64,000 bases of DNA from Dudresnaya verticillata (GCA_977862235.1 OZ374558.1:1364001-1428000), one strand, 5' to 3'; counted from the first letter of the stretch, positions 46,001 to 58,976 are shown. The notes: generated by a model not told the origin, from the letters alone. Numbers and translations: made by a program.

Positions 46001-47560
46001 CGCAGTCTTGTCGCGGTCTCGCGGATTGATCGGCACTTGCCAGTACCCACTGTTACAGTCTAGGGTGGTGAAGACGTTTGCTTCCCCTAGACTGTCGATG
46101 CATTCGTCGATACGCGGCAGGGGTACGTGTCCCGTATGGTTACTGCGTTTAAGCGACGGTAGTCCACGCAAAAGCGGAGGGTCCCGTCCTTCTTGGGGGC
46201 GAAGACCACTGGTGACACCCACGGCGATTGTGCGGGCTCGATAACCCCTTGACGCAGCATGCGGTCCACTTCCGCTTGAGCGAGTTCTCTTTGCTTCGGG
46301 CCCGCTCGGTAGGGCGGGGACGATATTGGTCTAGAGCCGGGAAGCAAGTCGATGTAGTGCTCCGTGGTTGAGATTTCTCCCAACGAACCGTCCCACATAG
46401 ACGAATACTTGCGCAACATCTCCTTAAGCCGGCCTTGATGCTCGGCGGGGAGATGTCCCAGGTCCAAATCGTCTACTGACGGAGGTTTGGCAGTGGTTGC
46501 CTCGATAGACTTCGTGAAAGTATCCGGCTGTGCCGCAGTGTTATCATTCGTTTGAAAACGGAAATCTTGGTTTGCCTTCTCTTCCTCGGCTTGTTCCTCG
46601 GTGAGGCCCAAAACATCGGCTAGACTTACGTGACTGGGGAACACTGCTGTCGGATGTGGTAACGCCGTCGCGACGACTTGGGCCTTGGCCAGCGCCTGCG
46701 GGCGGGGAGAGAAGTTGGCAACCAGAATGCGAAACGCTTTTAGCGGCTCCACTTGAGCAATCCCGTTCGTAACGGCCAGAACTTGTTTGTCGTACAGCGT
46801 TACGAGCGGTTGAATCGTGATGATGCCGGCGCGCTCGGTGGTCACCGATACCCATTGCTGCGCCTTAGGCGGGATGATCGCGCGCTCGGCGACTCGGATC
46901 TTGGGTGACGTCCTCCCTTCGGCCTTGCCGTATTCCTGTTCCGTTGGTACCGGAGGGTACGACGGGGGTCGGCGCAGCGGGCGGCGCGTTATAGGGACGC
47001 GAGTCCCGTCATCCAATTCAACCTCGCGACTTCGCGGATATATTGCTTCGACGAAGCGGTCGCAAAAGTCGCAGCCGAGTATAACCGGCGCAGCGAGTCG
47101 TTCGCAAACGATCAGTTCCAACTTGACGACTCTCCGTCCTAGACGAACGACCAGGTCGATGGTGCCTCTTGTCTGGATCGCCTTATTGTTGGCGTCGGCT
47201 ATGACGGGGAGGCTCTTTGCCACGATGCACGATCGCGCTTCCAGCGGAATGTCGTTAATGCGAATGAAATTCGGACCAGCTCCGTGTCGAGAACAGTGAG
47301 TTTACGTGCCAAGGTACTAACGGTTGCGCCCAAATCGGCGTACACCTTATAGTTCCTCTTGGCCATTACGAACAACTGCCCTCGCGTTTGGGGGGCTGGT
47401 ACCTTCGCCATGGGCGTTTTAATGACGTCTGTGACGACTCTATCCGCCCGTTGGCGTCATCGGTAACTAACTTCGGGCCCTCCTTCCGTGTCAGCACCTG
47501 AGGCCTAGGCCTCTCGTCGTGGTGCGACACCCCAGTGTCAGGAGTTGGTGCCCGAGTTAG
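42846..47560 (-). pseudogene. pol: Gypsy B pol (protease, RT, RNase H, integrase, chromodomain) with several frameshifts and a stop
   Basis: [51 protein letters not shown]...CVTC, IDILG, SDNG, ERFNRT. Confidence 0.95.
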
Positions 47561-50121
47561 TTTTTCGCCTGCGGCGGTGGTTGTGGCGCTTCATAGCGAT
47601 TGATCATCGTCGGATGACGTTCTGCCGCGTGCGGCATGGGTCCGCCTCGTGGCGATTGTGGTCGTGCAGCACGGCGAGCAGCGTCGCGGGTCGCGCGTTC
47701 CTTGCAACGTACATACGCATCAGCGCGGACACCAGCCTTCTCGGCTTCGGTTAGTCCTTCATAGTTGGTAATAACCTTTATGAAGTCGCTCATGCAGAGG
47801 AAGCAGTCCGGCGCGATGTGTCCGCGGGCGTAGCATTGGTGGCATACCAGCTGCCGACGCGAGTCTTGACGGGGCGGGCCTCTGTCCTGACATCCGGGCC
47901 TTTCTCGGTGGACGTGAGGAGCATACTCGGAATAGGGGACGCGTGGCGCTGGTACGACCGAGCGCCCAAAGGCGAGAGCAGGGTCTATATCCCTTTCGTC
48001 TTCGTCATCGACGCAACTGTCCGTCGGTAGAGCCGAGGTTGGCACCGACGCTTGCTCGTCTGCCAAGTACAGATCGCCTTCGGCGTGTGTTTCCATGTCA
48101 TCGAAAGGGCGACTAACGTCTCGAAACTCGACGGAGGGCTCCGCTATCATAGCGCGCGCTCCAGGCTTGGTGCCTCTAGTCTGTGGACGCAGTAACCCTC
48201 GGGCATCGCCGATGGCGGATCGCGGTGTGCGTACGGCTTGAGCCGGTGTCAATAGGTCACGTCGGGCTGACGCGGAACCGGCCCTGCCGTGTCGTGCGCG
48301 GTTGGCATCCCCTTCGTCTTGTGCGAAATGGACCAGCCGCTCAAATGACAACTCCGCCCTTGGCGTTTCTTCTCGGAAGCGAGCGACCAGGGACCTGATC
48401 GACGGGTCTAACCCGTCGATGTACAGCGTCATCTTTTCCCAATCGGGATATACGTTACCGCAACGAATACACGCACCGGCTAGCCGCATCCCATAGGTCG
48501 TCTTGTCCTCGCCTTGTTTTTGGGCAGTCGACCGTAGGGCGAGGACAGCGTCCCTGATCGCCGCTGGCGTAGTATACGTACGGAGGAGGTACTGTACCGC
48601 CTCCGGATACGAAGACACACGGCCGCGATGGCGAGAAGACGTCGACTTAACGGAGCGGAATTGCGTGGCTGCCGTACCTCGCAAGAATTACGGCAGCGCG
48701 ACGAACGCTTGGGCTTCGCTCATCTCCAGCGTATCGGCTTCATCCGCGTAACGCGTCAGAAACTCGAGGACCATGACGGGGTCGCTGCCGTTGAAGGCGG
48801 CGTCCTTCATGGTCAGCTCCAAACGCTTGATATGGTCCTTGACCTTACCCGTATCGCGCCCTGAGCGTTTTTGCCCTACGTCTTTGAGACGGTACGTCCT
48901 GTACGATAATAACTGATCGAAAAGGGGGTTGGAGGGGCGTAGCTCCTTCAACCCCTTGAACCGCTTTCCGCGAGGTCTTGAGGCACTGCCGAGAGTTGGA
49001 AAGTCGTCGTCTTCAGACGAAGAGTCTGATAACTCTCCGTCACTTGACGAGTCCGAAGAGGACGAGGATGAGTCCCCTCGTCGATGACGATCCTTCTTCC
49101 GTCTCTGACGCAGCTTGCGTCGGCGTTTCTTCCGATCCTTTCGTCTGTGACGATCTTCGCATGAGCTCTCGTCACCCGACGGTGGACCATTGCGCCACTT
49201 GGCGGTTTCGAGACGCTCTAAGCGAGTCCTAAGTCGCTGAAAGCGTTCGCGTGAGCTAAGCTCGGAATGCGAATGAACCGTTACTGCCGGCGGTGGTTGT
49301 GTACCCTCGCCTTGGGCGTTTTGGTTCGTCAATAGACGGTCGAGGTCGGATCGAAGTCCTTGTAGGGCGCCGTTTCGATCCTCTTCCAACGTCTGTAGAC
49401 GACTTGCGATTCCTCCGACACTGTCGTCCAGCAACCCGGCGAATCGAGCGAGCATCGCATCGTCCTCTAAGACGCACACCTCTCGGATCCGTTCGCGTGG
49501 TATCGTTACGTTACTCACGCGGACGGCCGAGGGTGACGCCGTTGGCGGTTGGCTTTCGCGGTTTGACCGGTCGGGCGTCCCTTGCGCCCTTTGACTTGGC
49601 GACTTCGGCTTAGCCGGCGAACACCCGGCACTGCCGTGGGGAGTGGGGCAACATGCCCCTTGTGTCAATGGTTCGTCAGCGACGTTGCGCTCCGCGGAGC
49701 GCCCTTGATCGTCGTTGACGTGGTTGGTTGGTTGATCCGAAAGTTCCGGTTGTCCCTCGACGATGTCGGCTTGTGTTCCGTCTACGACGTCCTGTTGCTC
49801 GGCTTGTACTGTATCAGCCGAGTCAACATAGGAGCGGTAGGTGCGGAGGGCCGATCCCTCGGGGACTGAGGTGCGGACGACGACGGGGTTGTGGCGCGTC
49901 GGCGGGGGAGGTAACTCTCCTCCGTTGAGCGACGCGTGGGAGCCTGCGTGGCCGTGGCCCGGGGGTAGCGTTGGGAACGCCGACGCGATCTCGGGGCTCA
50001 CGAGGCGCCCAGACCTCGTTGTCATCCGCTGTAGCGACCGTTCTGACGCGGGTACACTCCGAGGCGTCGAAGACGGTCTTCTTGAACTTGGGCCTCGCGA
50101 CAGCGGCGGTCGTGAGGCCAT
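47557..50121 (-). pseudogene. gag: Gypsy B gag with one in-frame TAA (48688-48690)
   Basis: Two same-frame ORFs; YRTYRL motif; zinc knuckle CHQCYARGHIAPDC; ends G AAA AAC TAA. Confidence 0.9.
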
Positions 50122-50230
50122 GATACAATCGTAGAGTTGCTTGAACGTCGTGGATGATTAGCGACAAACGTCTGAAGACGGAGGGTCGGACGTCGCACGA
50201 CGGAGTAACTCGTTGAAACGTAGCACAATT

Positions 50231-50246
50231 CTAGGTCGGGAGACCA
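50231..50246 (-). promoter_or_regulatory. Primer-binding site of Gypsy B
   Basis: TGGTCTCCCGACCTAG 2 nt after the 5' LTR. Confidence 0.9.
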
Positions 50247-50248
50247 GA

Positions 50249-51158
50249 TGTGGTGCAAAACGTCTGAGACGATAGACCGCCGAGCAGTTCGGGGCTCGGT
50301 GGGTAGCTGCGCCCTTGGCGAGAGGTGGTCCCGCCGTGGGCGACTTGTTGGTAGAGCAAAGGAACACGCCTTGGGCGGACTGTACACGCCCGAGGCGGAA
50401 GGTGTGAAGGAAGGGAAAAGAAAACAGAAAGGGGACACGTCAAGGACGATGGTAGACGTGGAAGCACGGGAGGTAGACGCTTAGCCGTGGGCAGCGGTAG
50501 GATACGCGCGTGCGGAACGGGGAAGTCTGGACCAAGGCCGGCTTGCCCGGGCGTTTACTGTTACGTCTGGGACGGCTTACCTAAGTATAGTACGGCGGTG
50601 CGGCGGCGGCGGTGCGTGTGCGTAGCGCGGGAACTCGGGACACGTGTCGTCCCGAGGCGCGTCTGACAGATCACTCATCGCATGCAGCCGCGCGCCTGAC
50701 AGGTTGCCGTGCAACCCCCTGTATAGGTGCTTACAGACACACGTGGACGCGTGGGCCTTTCAGCCGTGCGTGCGCGCGCACTGTAGAGCGTGCGCCTTGG
50801 ATCTAATCCGATACTTGTCTGATCCCGATCCCATCCGGATCGGGCCAGCAATGCGAATACCCGCAGCCTTACAGGCGCGTATCTTACAGCTTAGGCGATC
50901 CGGATAACCAATCTGGATACCGGATCCGGATCCCATCTGGATCCGTATTACAGTGCCCCGGGGCGCCACGTCGGGCCATCACCGTACAGTGCCCGCGTGG
51001 CGCGCGGCGCGCAGTGTGCACGCGCGCCCCAGTGAGCCGGCGATGACGTGTTCGCGTGCCAACGGCGGTGGTGAGCGCCGGTGGCGGTTTCTCCGTCGGT
51101 CGACGTATTTGGTCCGCCCGCTTTCAGCGAAAATGGGCTCACCTCCCCTTGCACCACA
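50249..51158 (-). repeat. 5' LTR of Gypsy B
   Basis: TGTGGTGCAA...TTGCACCACA inverted termini. Confidence 0.96.
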
Positions 51159-52987
51159 CGTCGTTGACGGAACACCGCCGAGCAGTTCGGGGCTCGGTGG
51201 GTAGCGACGCCCGTGGGGATGAGTAGCCTCGCTTTGGGCGACTTGCGGTAGAGCAGTTGACTCGCCTTGGGCGGACTGTAAACGCCCGAGGCGGAAAGGA
51301 AGAACAGGAGAAACAAAAAGGGAACACGTCGAAGACGGGTAGAGACGTGGAAGCACGGGAGGTAGACGCTTAGCCGTAGGCAGCGGTAGGGTACGCGCGT
51401 GCTGAACGGGGAAGTCTGGACCAAGGCCGGCTTGCCGGGGTTTACTGTAACGTCTGAGACGGATCAACTAAGTATAGAATTACCTAGCGGCGGCGACGCG
51501 GGTGTACGCGTCACGCGGGAACTCGGGACACGTGTTGTCCCGAGGCGCGTCTGACAGATCCGTCCGTCATGCAGCCGCGCTCCTGACAGATCACGCGTAG
51601 CTTCCCCGCTCGAGTCCTTACACCTACACGTGGATTACTTCCTTACAGCCGCATGCGCCCCATGGCGAGTGCGATCTCGATCCGCACCAATCCAGATCCA
51701 GTCCGGATTCGGGCCAGCCATGCGGATGCGCCAGGCTTACAGGCGCGTGCCTTACACCCCTTAATCGCGATGTCTGATCCCGATGTGGGATCCCGATTGG
51801 ATCCGGATTCGGGCCACGCTTACAGCGAACGTTCCCGCCACTGCGCCATGCGCGTACGCGTGGCGCCGTACAGTGCCCGGGTCCAGGCGTGCGGTCTGCA
51901 TTCCAAGCGAGCCGTTCTGGCCCAAGTGGCCAGCGGCATGCGTCGGTGACGTGTTTGCGCCGCGGGCGGGTTGAGCGCGCCGTTGGCGGTCGTCCGTCGG
52001 TAGACGAAGAATATCAACCCGCTTGAAAGCGAAAAAGGGGGACCCCCCTGGCACTACAGTAGAGTACAAAGCCGTACGAGGCTAAAGCTTTTAAAGCACC
52101 TGGAAGGGGAGTACGGTGAGCCCGTGTAGACCAAAGAAAGGGTACAGACCCGAAACCCACCGTAGGGTTCTATTCAGCAGACCCCTGCTAGTCAGGGGCG
52201 CAATAAATATGGCGAAGGCCGAAAGCGCCTTCGCCGCTATTCCTATTCTAAGCTATCGTAGTTAGCGTTAATACTTACAATGAGGTAGTGAGCGGTCTGA
52301 CTCCGCCCTGCGCACGTCAGGTACTCATGACTCGGGCACGCTCCTGCGCGTAAGGCCATGATAAATCAGCCAATCACGGCAAGCCATCTCATTTGCGCCG
52401 TTCTGTTCCCAGCAATGAAATTTGGAGTGGCCAGGAATGCCCTGGGTCTTACAGTGCGTCCGTACGGGCGGCACCTTACAGGCGCATGCCACGCGCAATA
52501 TTACCCGAGCATTGTGGCACACGCATGACAGGCGCAAAACACGTGTACGTGCTTACAGCCCCTGGCGGCGTATTGTACCGCACGGCCCTCTCTCTAAAGC
52601 TGAGAGACCCGCGAAGCCAGCAAGGCTGTTTCCATTGGCCCGGTTGGGGCGGACGTGCAGTGGACGTCCCAAACGGCCCGTTGAGGGCAGTTATAACCGC
52701 CACCAAAACGCCCGTCTCACGACGCGCGAGGGCGACAAATCATTGCACGCCCGTCCGGCGTCGGTGTGGTGAAATGAGCTGTTGCGCGCATGCCGCACGC
52801 CGACGGTGAGTCAACCGTAACGGGTGATGTGGCAATACGCCACGCTGATGATCTGGCAACGTGTAGCCGTGTCGGGTGTGTGCGCATTACTGTGCACTGG
52901 TACGCATCGCTGTACTGTAAGCGGAGCGCACCAACCGTAGCGGAGTATTTGTATTGTAGTATTTATTCTTTATTTTTAGTGAGCATA

Positions 52988-53460
52988 TGTACAGTATGTA
53001 GAGTAGCGCGCCAGCCAATGAGAATGCTGCGCATGTCCGTGTCGGAGATACCAGCAGGGCCGATTCCACCATAGGACCAGACCACTAGGGTCTGGCCCCC
53101 ACGGACCGGACCGCTCGGTGCCACCCTGACTTGTATATCAGGGCGGCACCGCAGCGGCTCCTAGGGTAAACGGACAAGCAACCCTTGAGCCTCAATCCCA
53201 CTGTAGCTCTTTCCTTTATGTTTTTCCCCGCGCCGAGCCCGTTGCGGTCCACCACCACCACCGTTACGGGGTCCGTCCCGGCACTTGTACCACCCCCTTG
53301 TCTGTTGCTTCCCAATATCCGTTTCGGTTAGCCGCTTGCTGTTCTCCCGTCTCGGTGCGAACTGCTCTACCACCCCGTGGAGGTAGTGTCGCTCTCGTCC
53401 CGTGTAGGAAAGTTAGGCCAGCTGTCCGGTACGGAGTTCGTGGGTTTTCACTGCACCACA
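52988..53460 (+). repeat. 5' LTR of Gypsy C (473 bp)
   Basis: TGTACAG...CACCACA, followed by the PBS. Confidence 0.85.
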
Positions 53461-53608
53461 TATTTTGGTCTCCCGACCTAGAACACCGTCACGGTTGGAA
53501 GAAACAGCCGTCGAAATCCGCTACGGTACGAATTCGGCTGTACCGACAACCTGTTACGGAATATTGTAAAGACAAGCAAGAACAACCGTTGTGTTCCGTT
53601 AAGGCATC

Positions 53609-54202
53609 ATGCAGAACGAAGAACACGCAGACCCTCCCGTTACGGAACCTAAAGCGGGTGACACTACCCCCGCTGCGCGCAGTCTGCGCAGTGAAGGAGG
53701 TGAAATCCGTTCCGGAGTGGAGAACCCAGAAGACATCCTTAAGGGTGCTGCTGGTAAAGCTCCCCGTTCCCGTGTCGGATCAGACGCCTCGAAGAAGGTA
53801 GCTCCGCAACCCAAACCGGAATCCCATCGGGTCCACTGGGTCCTGTAGGAGGTCATTCCTAGGGTGTTAGAGCATCTCCGATTGGAAGTACAACCTGGAA
53901 TGGTAAAAGAGGTGGAGATATTCCTCTCGGGAACTGTTCCGTCTTTGGTTAATTCCTATCTGGAGAAGCACCTTCCTCGGATAGTGCAAGCTTTGATTCT
54001 ACAGGAAAAGGTGGCCGCCGAGCTCGAGAGCCAGATTGCTCCCGGTATGGCAAGGCCTCCCGCTACGGAAGCTTTTACTGAGCAACCACCGTTACGGAAT
54101 GACTTCCCGGTCGAGGGAAAAACGCAGCAGCCGCAACAACCGCCCGTTATGGGATTACAGCCGGGTACAGTACCCTCAGGGCAACTGCCACCGGCTCCCT
54201 AA
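53609..54202 (+). pseudogene. Gypsy C ORF1 with in-frame TAG (53846-53848)
   Basis: Homologous to 1239-1919, where this codon is TCG. Confidence 0.75.
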
Positions 54203-54282
54203 CGGATTCTCAACATCAATACGCCCCTACGGGACCAACGCACACTCAGCCACCGTCACGGTATTCTCCTGGACACGTAGCT

Positions 54283-55659
54283 GTGCCTACGCCAGGGCGC
54301 TATCAGCAAGAGCACTATACCGTTTCAGTTCGATCAGGTGGAGGCAGCGACCATCTCAGCGATGCGTCCAGCTCACCCCATCCGAGTCGGAGGACCGGTC
54401 GAGGTCAGCATAATCGAGATGCCCGACACTCCCGCTCTGACCCGCCCCGTCGGTCGCACATGGGCGCCCACACCCAGCGACGACGCAATCAATCCGGTAC
54501 GGAATCTAATGAGAGCAGCTCAGAGGATAGCCAACACCGCCGCCGAAAGAGGAGAAACAGAAAATCGCGGAAACGCGGAAAAAGGCATGACTCCTCTTCC
54601 TCTACGGATTCAGACTCAGAGAGTTCTTCCGTAACGGATAGAGAGAACAGGCACCGGTCCAGAAAACACGGTGCGAAATCCGGAAAGGTGAAGGTAATCC
54701 GGCCGCTACATGACAAGTTTGTCAAGGCGCTGGACTACCGCACCTACCGATTGGAGAACAGAAGTAAGACGTACGGCTCTACGTTCTCACAGAACATGAG
54801 CCGTATACGAAAGAAACTCGACGTCCAGATGTCGTCCCATACATTCGATAGGACGGCCCCTATTATCGTCTTGGGATTTCTCGCCAAGTTCCGTGACGGT
54901 TGTAATATCAATGGCATCGCCGAAGGGGTTTCCTTCTGGTGCTTCCAGTTGTTCCTAAAAGGACAAGCCGAAGCCCTTCTACAGGCTAGGCTTGCTGGAG
55001 GTACCATGGCGGTTGATGTGGAGCAGGCTGAGATGCTCCGCTCTTACTCCGAGGTGGTGAGTTTCCTACTGAGGATTTACGCTGCGGATGAAGTAATCGC
55101 TGAAGCCTATATAGATGTCAGTAATTTCAGGCAAACATCCGCCATGGCGGAAGAGCAGTTCTCTAACCAACTCTGGGCAAAGGCTCTCCGCTGCGGTACT
55201 GTATTTTCCGATCGGGCATTGAAGTCACTGTTCGTCCAGGGGCTCCTACCTGGGACGCGTCAACAGATGCGAAATTATCTCGCAACGCATTCCCAGCTGG
55301 ATTACCAGGCCATCACTTGCTACGCGGCTGGCCTGGGGCAGTCCCATCGGGCATCTCGACGCCAAACCGTTCCGGCCCACGTCTTTGATGGGCGCACTAA
55401 AGCGCGCCCGTCTAAGGTTTTATCACTGGATTCCGTATCAGATGTACACTACGAGCCGCAAGGGAATCTTTCCGCTACGGATGCTCAAGTGCTAGCCGTC
55501 GAGGGAGGCCACGGTACCGCTACGGGAACAAGTACGGGGGTTACCTTTTCAACCCCGTACTCTTCACCCCCGCAAAGCGTGCACCCTACACCACCCAGGA
55601 TGCCACGCGAGCAAGGCCCCCCCTATGGTGGATCTCGCCCGGCTCCTGGCACCCAATAG
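54283..55659 (+). pseudogene. gag: Gypsy C gag (premature TAG; remainder to ~57180 split by a solo LTR)
   Basis: KALDYRTYRLEN...LGFLAKFRDGCN...WCFQLFL. Confidence 0.82.
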
Positions 55660-55957
55660 CAGCCGAGTCACCGTTACGGAAATAATGTCCACGATGGGAG
55701 AGGACAGCAGCAACCAGTACCTCCGCTACGGGATAAGTCGGATCCTCGGGTCCGACGCCTTTACGGAAGTGGAAATTGCCGCATCTTCCTTTCCGCCGAA
55801 CATTTCGTTTGCCCGTGGATAAACGACGCCGATCGGGGTAAGCTCATGGAAGAGCGTGAGCGCAACTTCCAGAGGCACTGCCCTGTAGGCCACAGGTTTG
55901 TCGTCGGAACCAGTTCGAATCCGCAAGGTAATCGGGGCAAGCCGCAAACGCCCCCTC

Positions 55958-57061
55958 TATGGTGCAAATTATCCCACGCCACTGGCGCTCTGTACCGTCC
56001 TAGACGGATACCTCCCGTCTTTGACGTTTCTACCGCCTTTGGCGACTGGGATCGAGCTCGAGGCGCGAACCCGCTCGTGATCCCTGTTTCCGCCGATGGC
56101 GCTAGTCATTCGACTTTGTCGGGCAACTTGGCCAAGAACCAGACCTCCCGCTCACAGCGGATAGTGACGGCAATGTCGGGTTGAGAGAACGCGTGAGGTG
56201 TAGTTACTGGGTCACGCTGCCGCGCCCCGTGACGTACTTGCACACGTGGCACGTGTCACTGGGCAGCGGAGGACAATGGGACCAAGAGTCTGTAAGCGCG
56301 GTGCGTGAACACGTGTAGGTGTAAGCAATAGCGCGGCGCGCGCGGTGGCGTGGGCAAATGTGTCAGGCGCGCGGCTGCATTAAGAGGGCGCTTGTCAGAC
56401 GCACGACGGAACGACACGTTTCCTGAGCTCCCGCGCGCCGCAGCGCCACCACCGTCGCCCACGCAGCAGTAGTAATACTTAGGTAACCCGTCTAGGACGT
56501 CACAGTAAACCCCGGCAAGCCGGTCTGCCTTCACAATTCGCCCCTTCGCTCGATAGCGCCACTGCCGCTACCGACGTTGGCTACGCGTTGTGACGATCAC
56601 GCTTCCGCGTCAATGTCCGTCTTTGATGTGTATCCCCTTTTGTTTTCCCCCCAAGAAGCTCGGTAGTTCTTCACCCCCAGCGCTCAAGAGCGGACATCAC
56701 CGCTATTAGCGTGGGCTACGTGCCGGACTACCACGCACTCATCCACTCCGTCGTGGACGTGTGTTTCCCCTTTATGGCCTTGGTAGCCGAATGCCCCTTC
56801 CCGCTAGTGGGTGCGTCGCCACCGCTTCCGTTGGGCAAAGCGTCGGTACCCCCGTCCCTCCACGTTCAACACCGTCATTGACGTGTTTCCATTTCCGTCT
56901 TGTTTCGTTTCTTTGGTTTCGACCTACCTACCGCCCAGGGCGTTTACAGTCCGCCTTGTGGCGTTGTCCATGCTCTACCACCCCTACCGTCTCTGACGTG
57001 CTACCCGCCGGGTCTCGAACTGCCCGGGCATTCTTTTCCGTCCTAGACGTTTTGCACCACA
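55958..57061 (+). mobile_element. Gypsy solo LTR (1104 bp) inserted in Gypsy C gag
   Basis: TATGGTGCAA (TG mutated)...TTGCACCACA; TSD CCCTC at 55953-55957 and 57062-57066; shares CCGTCTAGGACGTnACAGTAAA with LTR 21687-22497. Confidence 0.88.
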
Positions 57062-57241
57062 CCCTCCGCAACGGAATGCCCCGATATTATCAGTGGAGGA
57101 CCATGACGGAGTGGAATACGCGGAATTGCGCGAGCCCATGGAGGCGGATCCGACTGGTGCACCCTTGATTTCGGAAAACTCAAGGGGGGACGCGTAAGGG
57201 CGCCGCCATCCCCGCCTCACGGCGTTCCACTTCTCGTTAGT

Positions 57242-57818
57242 GTGGACTCGCCCGGGGATCGGCGAGATACCGTTACGGAACTCCCGTTGGCTTTTCAGAC
57301 CAATGATCCTATATGTGTTATGCAACAACAAAATTATAGGATTCAAATTACCGTGGGACGGACAGATAGAGTGATGCTTCCTATAATCTCCGTATTGGAC
57401 TCTGGCGCGGGGCCAAATCTCATTAGTGCCAGGCGACTTCCCCGTGAATGGCTACCCCTCATTCGCGCCGCCACCAGTCCTCCGCTACGGGATGCATCTA
57501 ATCGCGATATCCGCCCCCTTGGTCAGATCCAGCTTTTCGTCCGCATTGGAGAGCTCCGTGCTTTCGTCCACTTCCTCGTGGTCGCGAATTAGCTCCTCCG
57601 TGTATTTTGGGAACTACCTTCATCGACCGCTATGCGAAGGCCATCCTTCCCCCGTTACAGAAAGTTGTTTTTCACCATTACCCCCCAGTATCCCTTGTTG
57701 ATCAAGCCAAAATTCCGAAGAAGGGTACCGCCGCAACCCTACAGCCCTCATCTTTATCCACCGCTACGGTTTCTCAGAAAATTCGTTTAGCAATATCTAC
57801 CCTTATTCCCCCAACACA
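57242..57818 (+). pseudogene. pol: Gypsy C aspartic protease fragment
   Basis: VLDSGAGPNLIS...ILGTTFIDR, with a stop between the two segments. Confidence 0.85.
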
Positions 57819-58469
57819 GATTTCCGGGTTTTCAGAATCTGTGTTCCGAATCAGTCTGAAAAAATGTTAATGGAATGAAGATTTCTATATCGCGTTAGAC
57901 TGGGGAGAGGGAGCTGAGAAGAATGGTTAAATCCGTTTTGGGATAGCATGCACGGTTGCGGAGTTACAGCATGCCGCATATACGGGTAAATGTCCCCGAA
58001 ACTTTCGTGAAAGTTTCGAAACTTTCGGAATTTCCGAGTTAAAATTTATCCAGAAATTGCACTGCCGCCTGCTGCCCTCCCGGGCGCGCCTGGCAGCGCA
58101 CCGACGCTCGTGCTTCAGCACGCTTGGCCCCGCCCGCCGCATCCCCGGCCCGCCCTGAGCTGCGACCAAGGGCGCAGTGTCGCCCCGCACGACTGGTACT
58201 GCTTGGCCGCCAGGGTAAATCTGGGGTAACCCAGCCGTGCGCGGCCATCATTCCACTCTGGGTGCTGGTACCAGTACCACCCCTTCCCATGCCCATCATT
58301 CCACTCCAAGGTCCACTGCGGCGCGCTCCTCGCACAGCACCTCCTCCCCGCATGCCCTATCAAATTTCACCTGCGCCTGAAGCTCACCACTTCCCGCCGC
58401 TGCCAACATCCCCACCCCGCCGCGCACCTCGCGCAGAAACTCTACTGCGCATCATCGCGCATCAACCCC

Positions 58470-58976
58470 AACACGCCCCGCCACCAGAAGTCCCTCGAGT
58501 TGCGCAACTGATGCATTGGCATGGGGAGACCAAAACGCGATGCAGGTACAGGTGTGACATCATAACGGCATGTTGTATTGTTCTGCGTAAGTTAGCCACG
58601 CCCTGTCGATGGTATTGTCTCGAGCACAGGTTTGGAATGAGGGCTAGTAAGATGAGTGAGATCTTCTGGGAACAGGTTGAGTGCTTCATAGAAGCCGAAG
58701 GGCATTTGCTAACAGCGTTCAGGATGGGGCTGTTAGCGACAAAGGAACCCGTTTACGCGGCTGCAATTACAGCAAAAGGTGCCCCTCTGCCGAGCTGCGT
58801 GAGTTCCATAGATTGCACAAACATAGACATGTACAGGCCAGGAGGAGATGGAAGCTTGCAGTGTTGCTGCTATTCTGGTCCACAAGCGCAAGCATTGCTT
58901 GTCTTATCAGACCACAGCAACCCCTGATGGGTTGATCTCTCACCTACATTGTCCTGAAGAAGGACGCCGTCACGAT
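58470..58976 (+). pseudogene. PIF/Harbinger-like (DDE_Tnp_4-type) transposase fragment, frameshifted and cut by the Copia insertion
   Basis: CIVLRKLATPCRW...FG...SEIF, IDCT...RPGG...YSG/HKRKHCLSYQT...PDGLI...GRRHD. Confidence 0.85.

Larger units (their letters stand above)
37789..51158 (-). mobile_element. Full-length, decayed chromodomain-bearing Ty3/Gypsy element B (13.4 kb)
   Basis: Two 910-bp LTRs about 98% identical (18 differences by manual count), PBS, PPT, gag-PR-RT-RH-IN-chromodomain order. Confidence 0.96.
37780..52058 (-). mobile_element. Gypsy solo LTR (~910 bp) split by Gypsy B; pieces 37780-37788 and 51159-52058
   Basis: TSD GTAGA at 37775-37779 and 52059-52063; 51159-52058 is a diverged relative of the Gypsy B LTR; termini TATAGTGCA (TG mutated) and GCACTACA. 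Confidence 0.82.
52988..57818 (+). mobile_element. Gypsy C (same family as A): 5' LTR, PBS, ORF1, gag and protease; interrupted or truncated near 57820
   Basis: LTR, PBS 53466-53481, gag homology to A, protease VLDSGAGPNLI. Confidence 0.88.

Noticed and set aside
37789..51158. RIP-like C-to-T hypermutation (suggested by TG-to-TA LTR ends and stop codons)
   Set aside because: The ~18 LTR-LTR differences include many transversions, so there is no clear transition bias.
52180..52235. Hairpins as a ribozyme or terminator
   Set aside because: Two short stems are present but no hammerhead core (CTGANGA...GAAA) in the right arrangement.
56199..56210. TGTAGT as start of the solo LTR
   Set aside because: No TSD there; CCCTC and the terminal inverted repeat place the start at 55958.
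57819..58470. Harbinger TIR and TAA/TTA target site
   Set aside because: The other end is outside the window, so no terminus can be verified.
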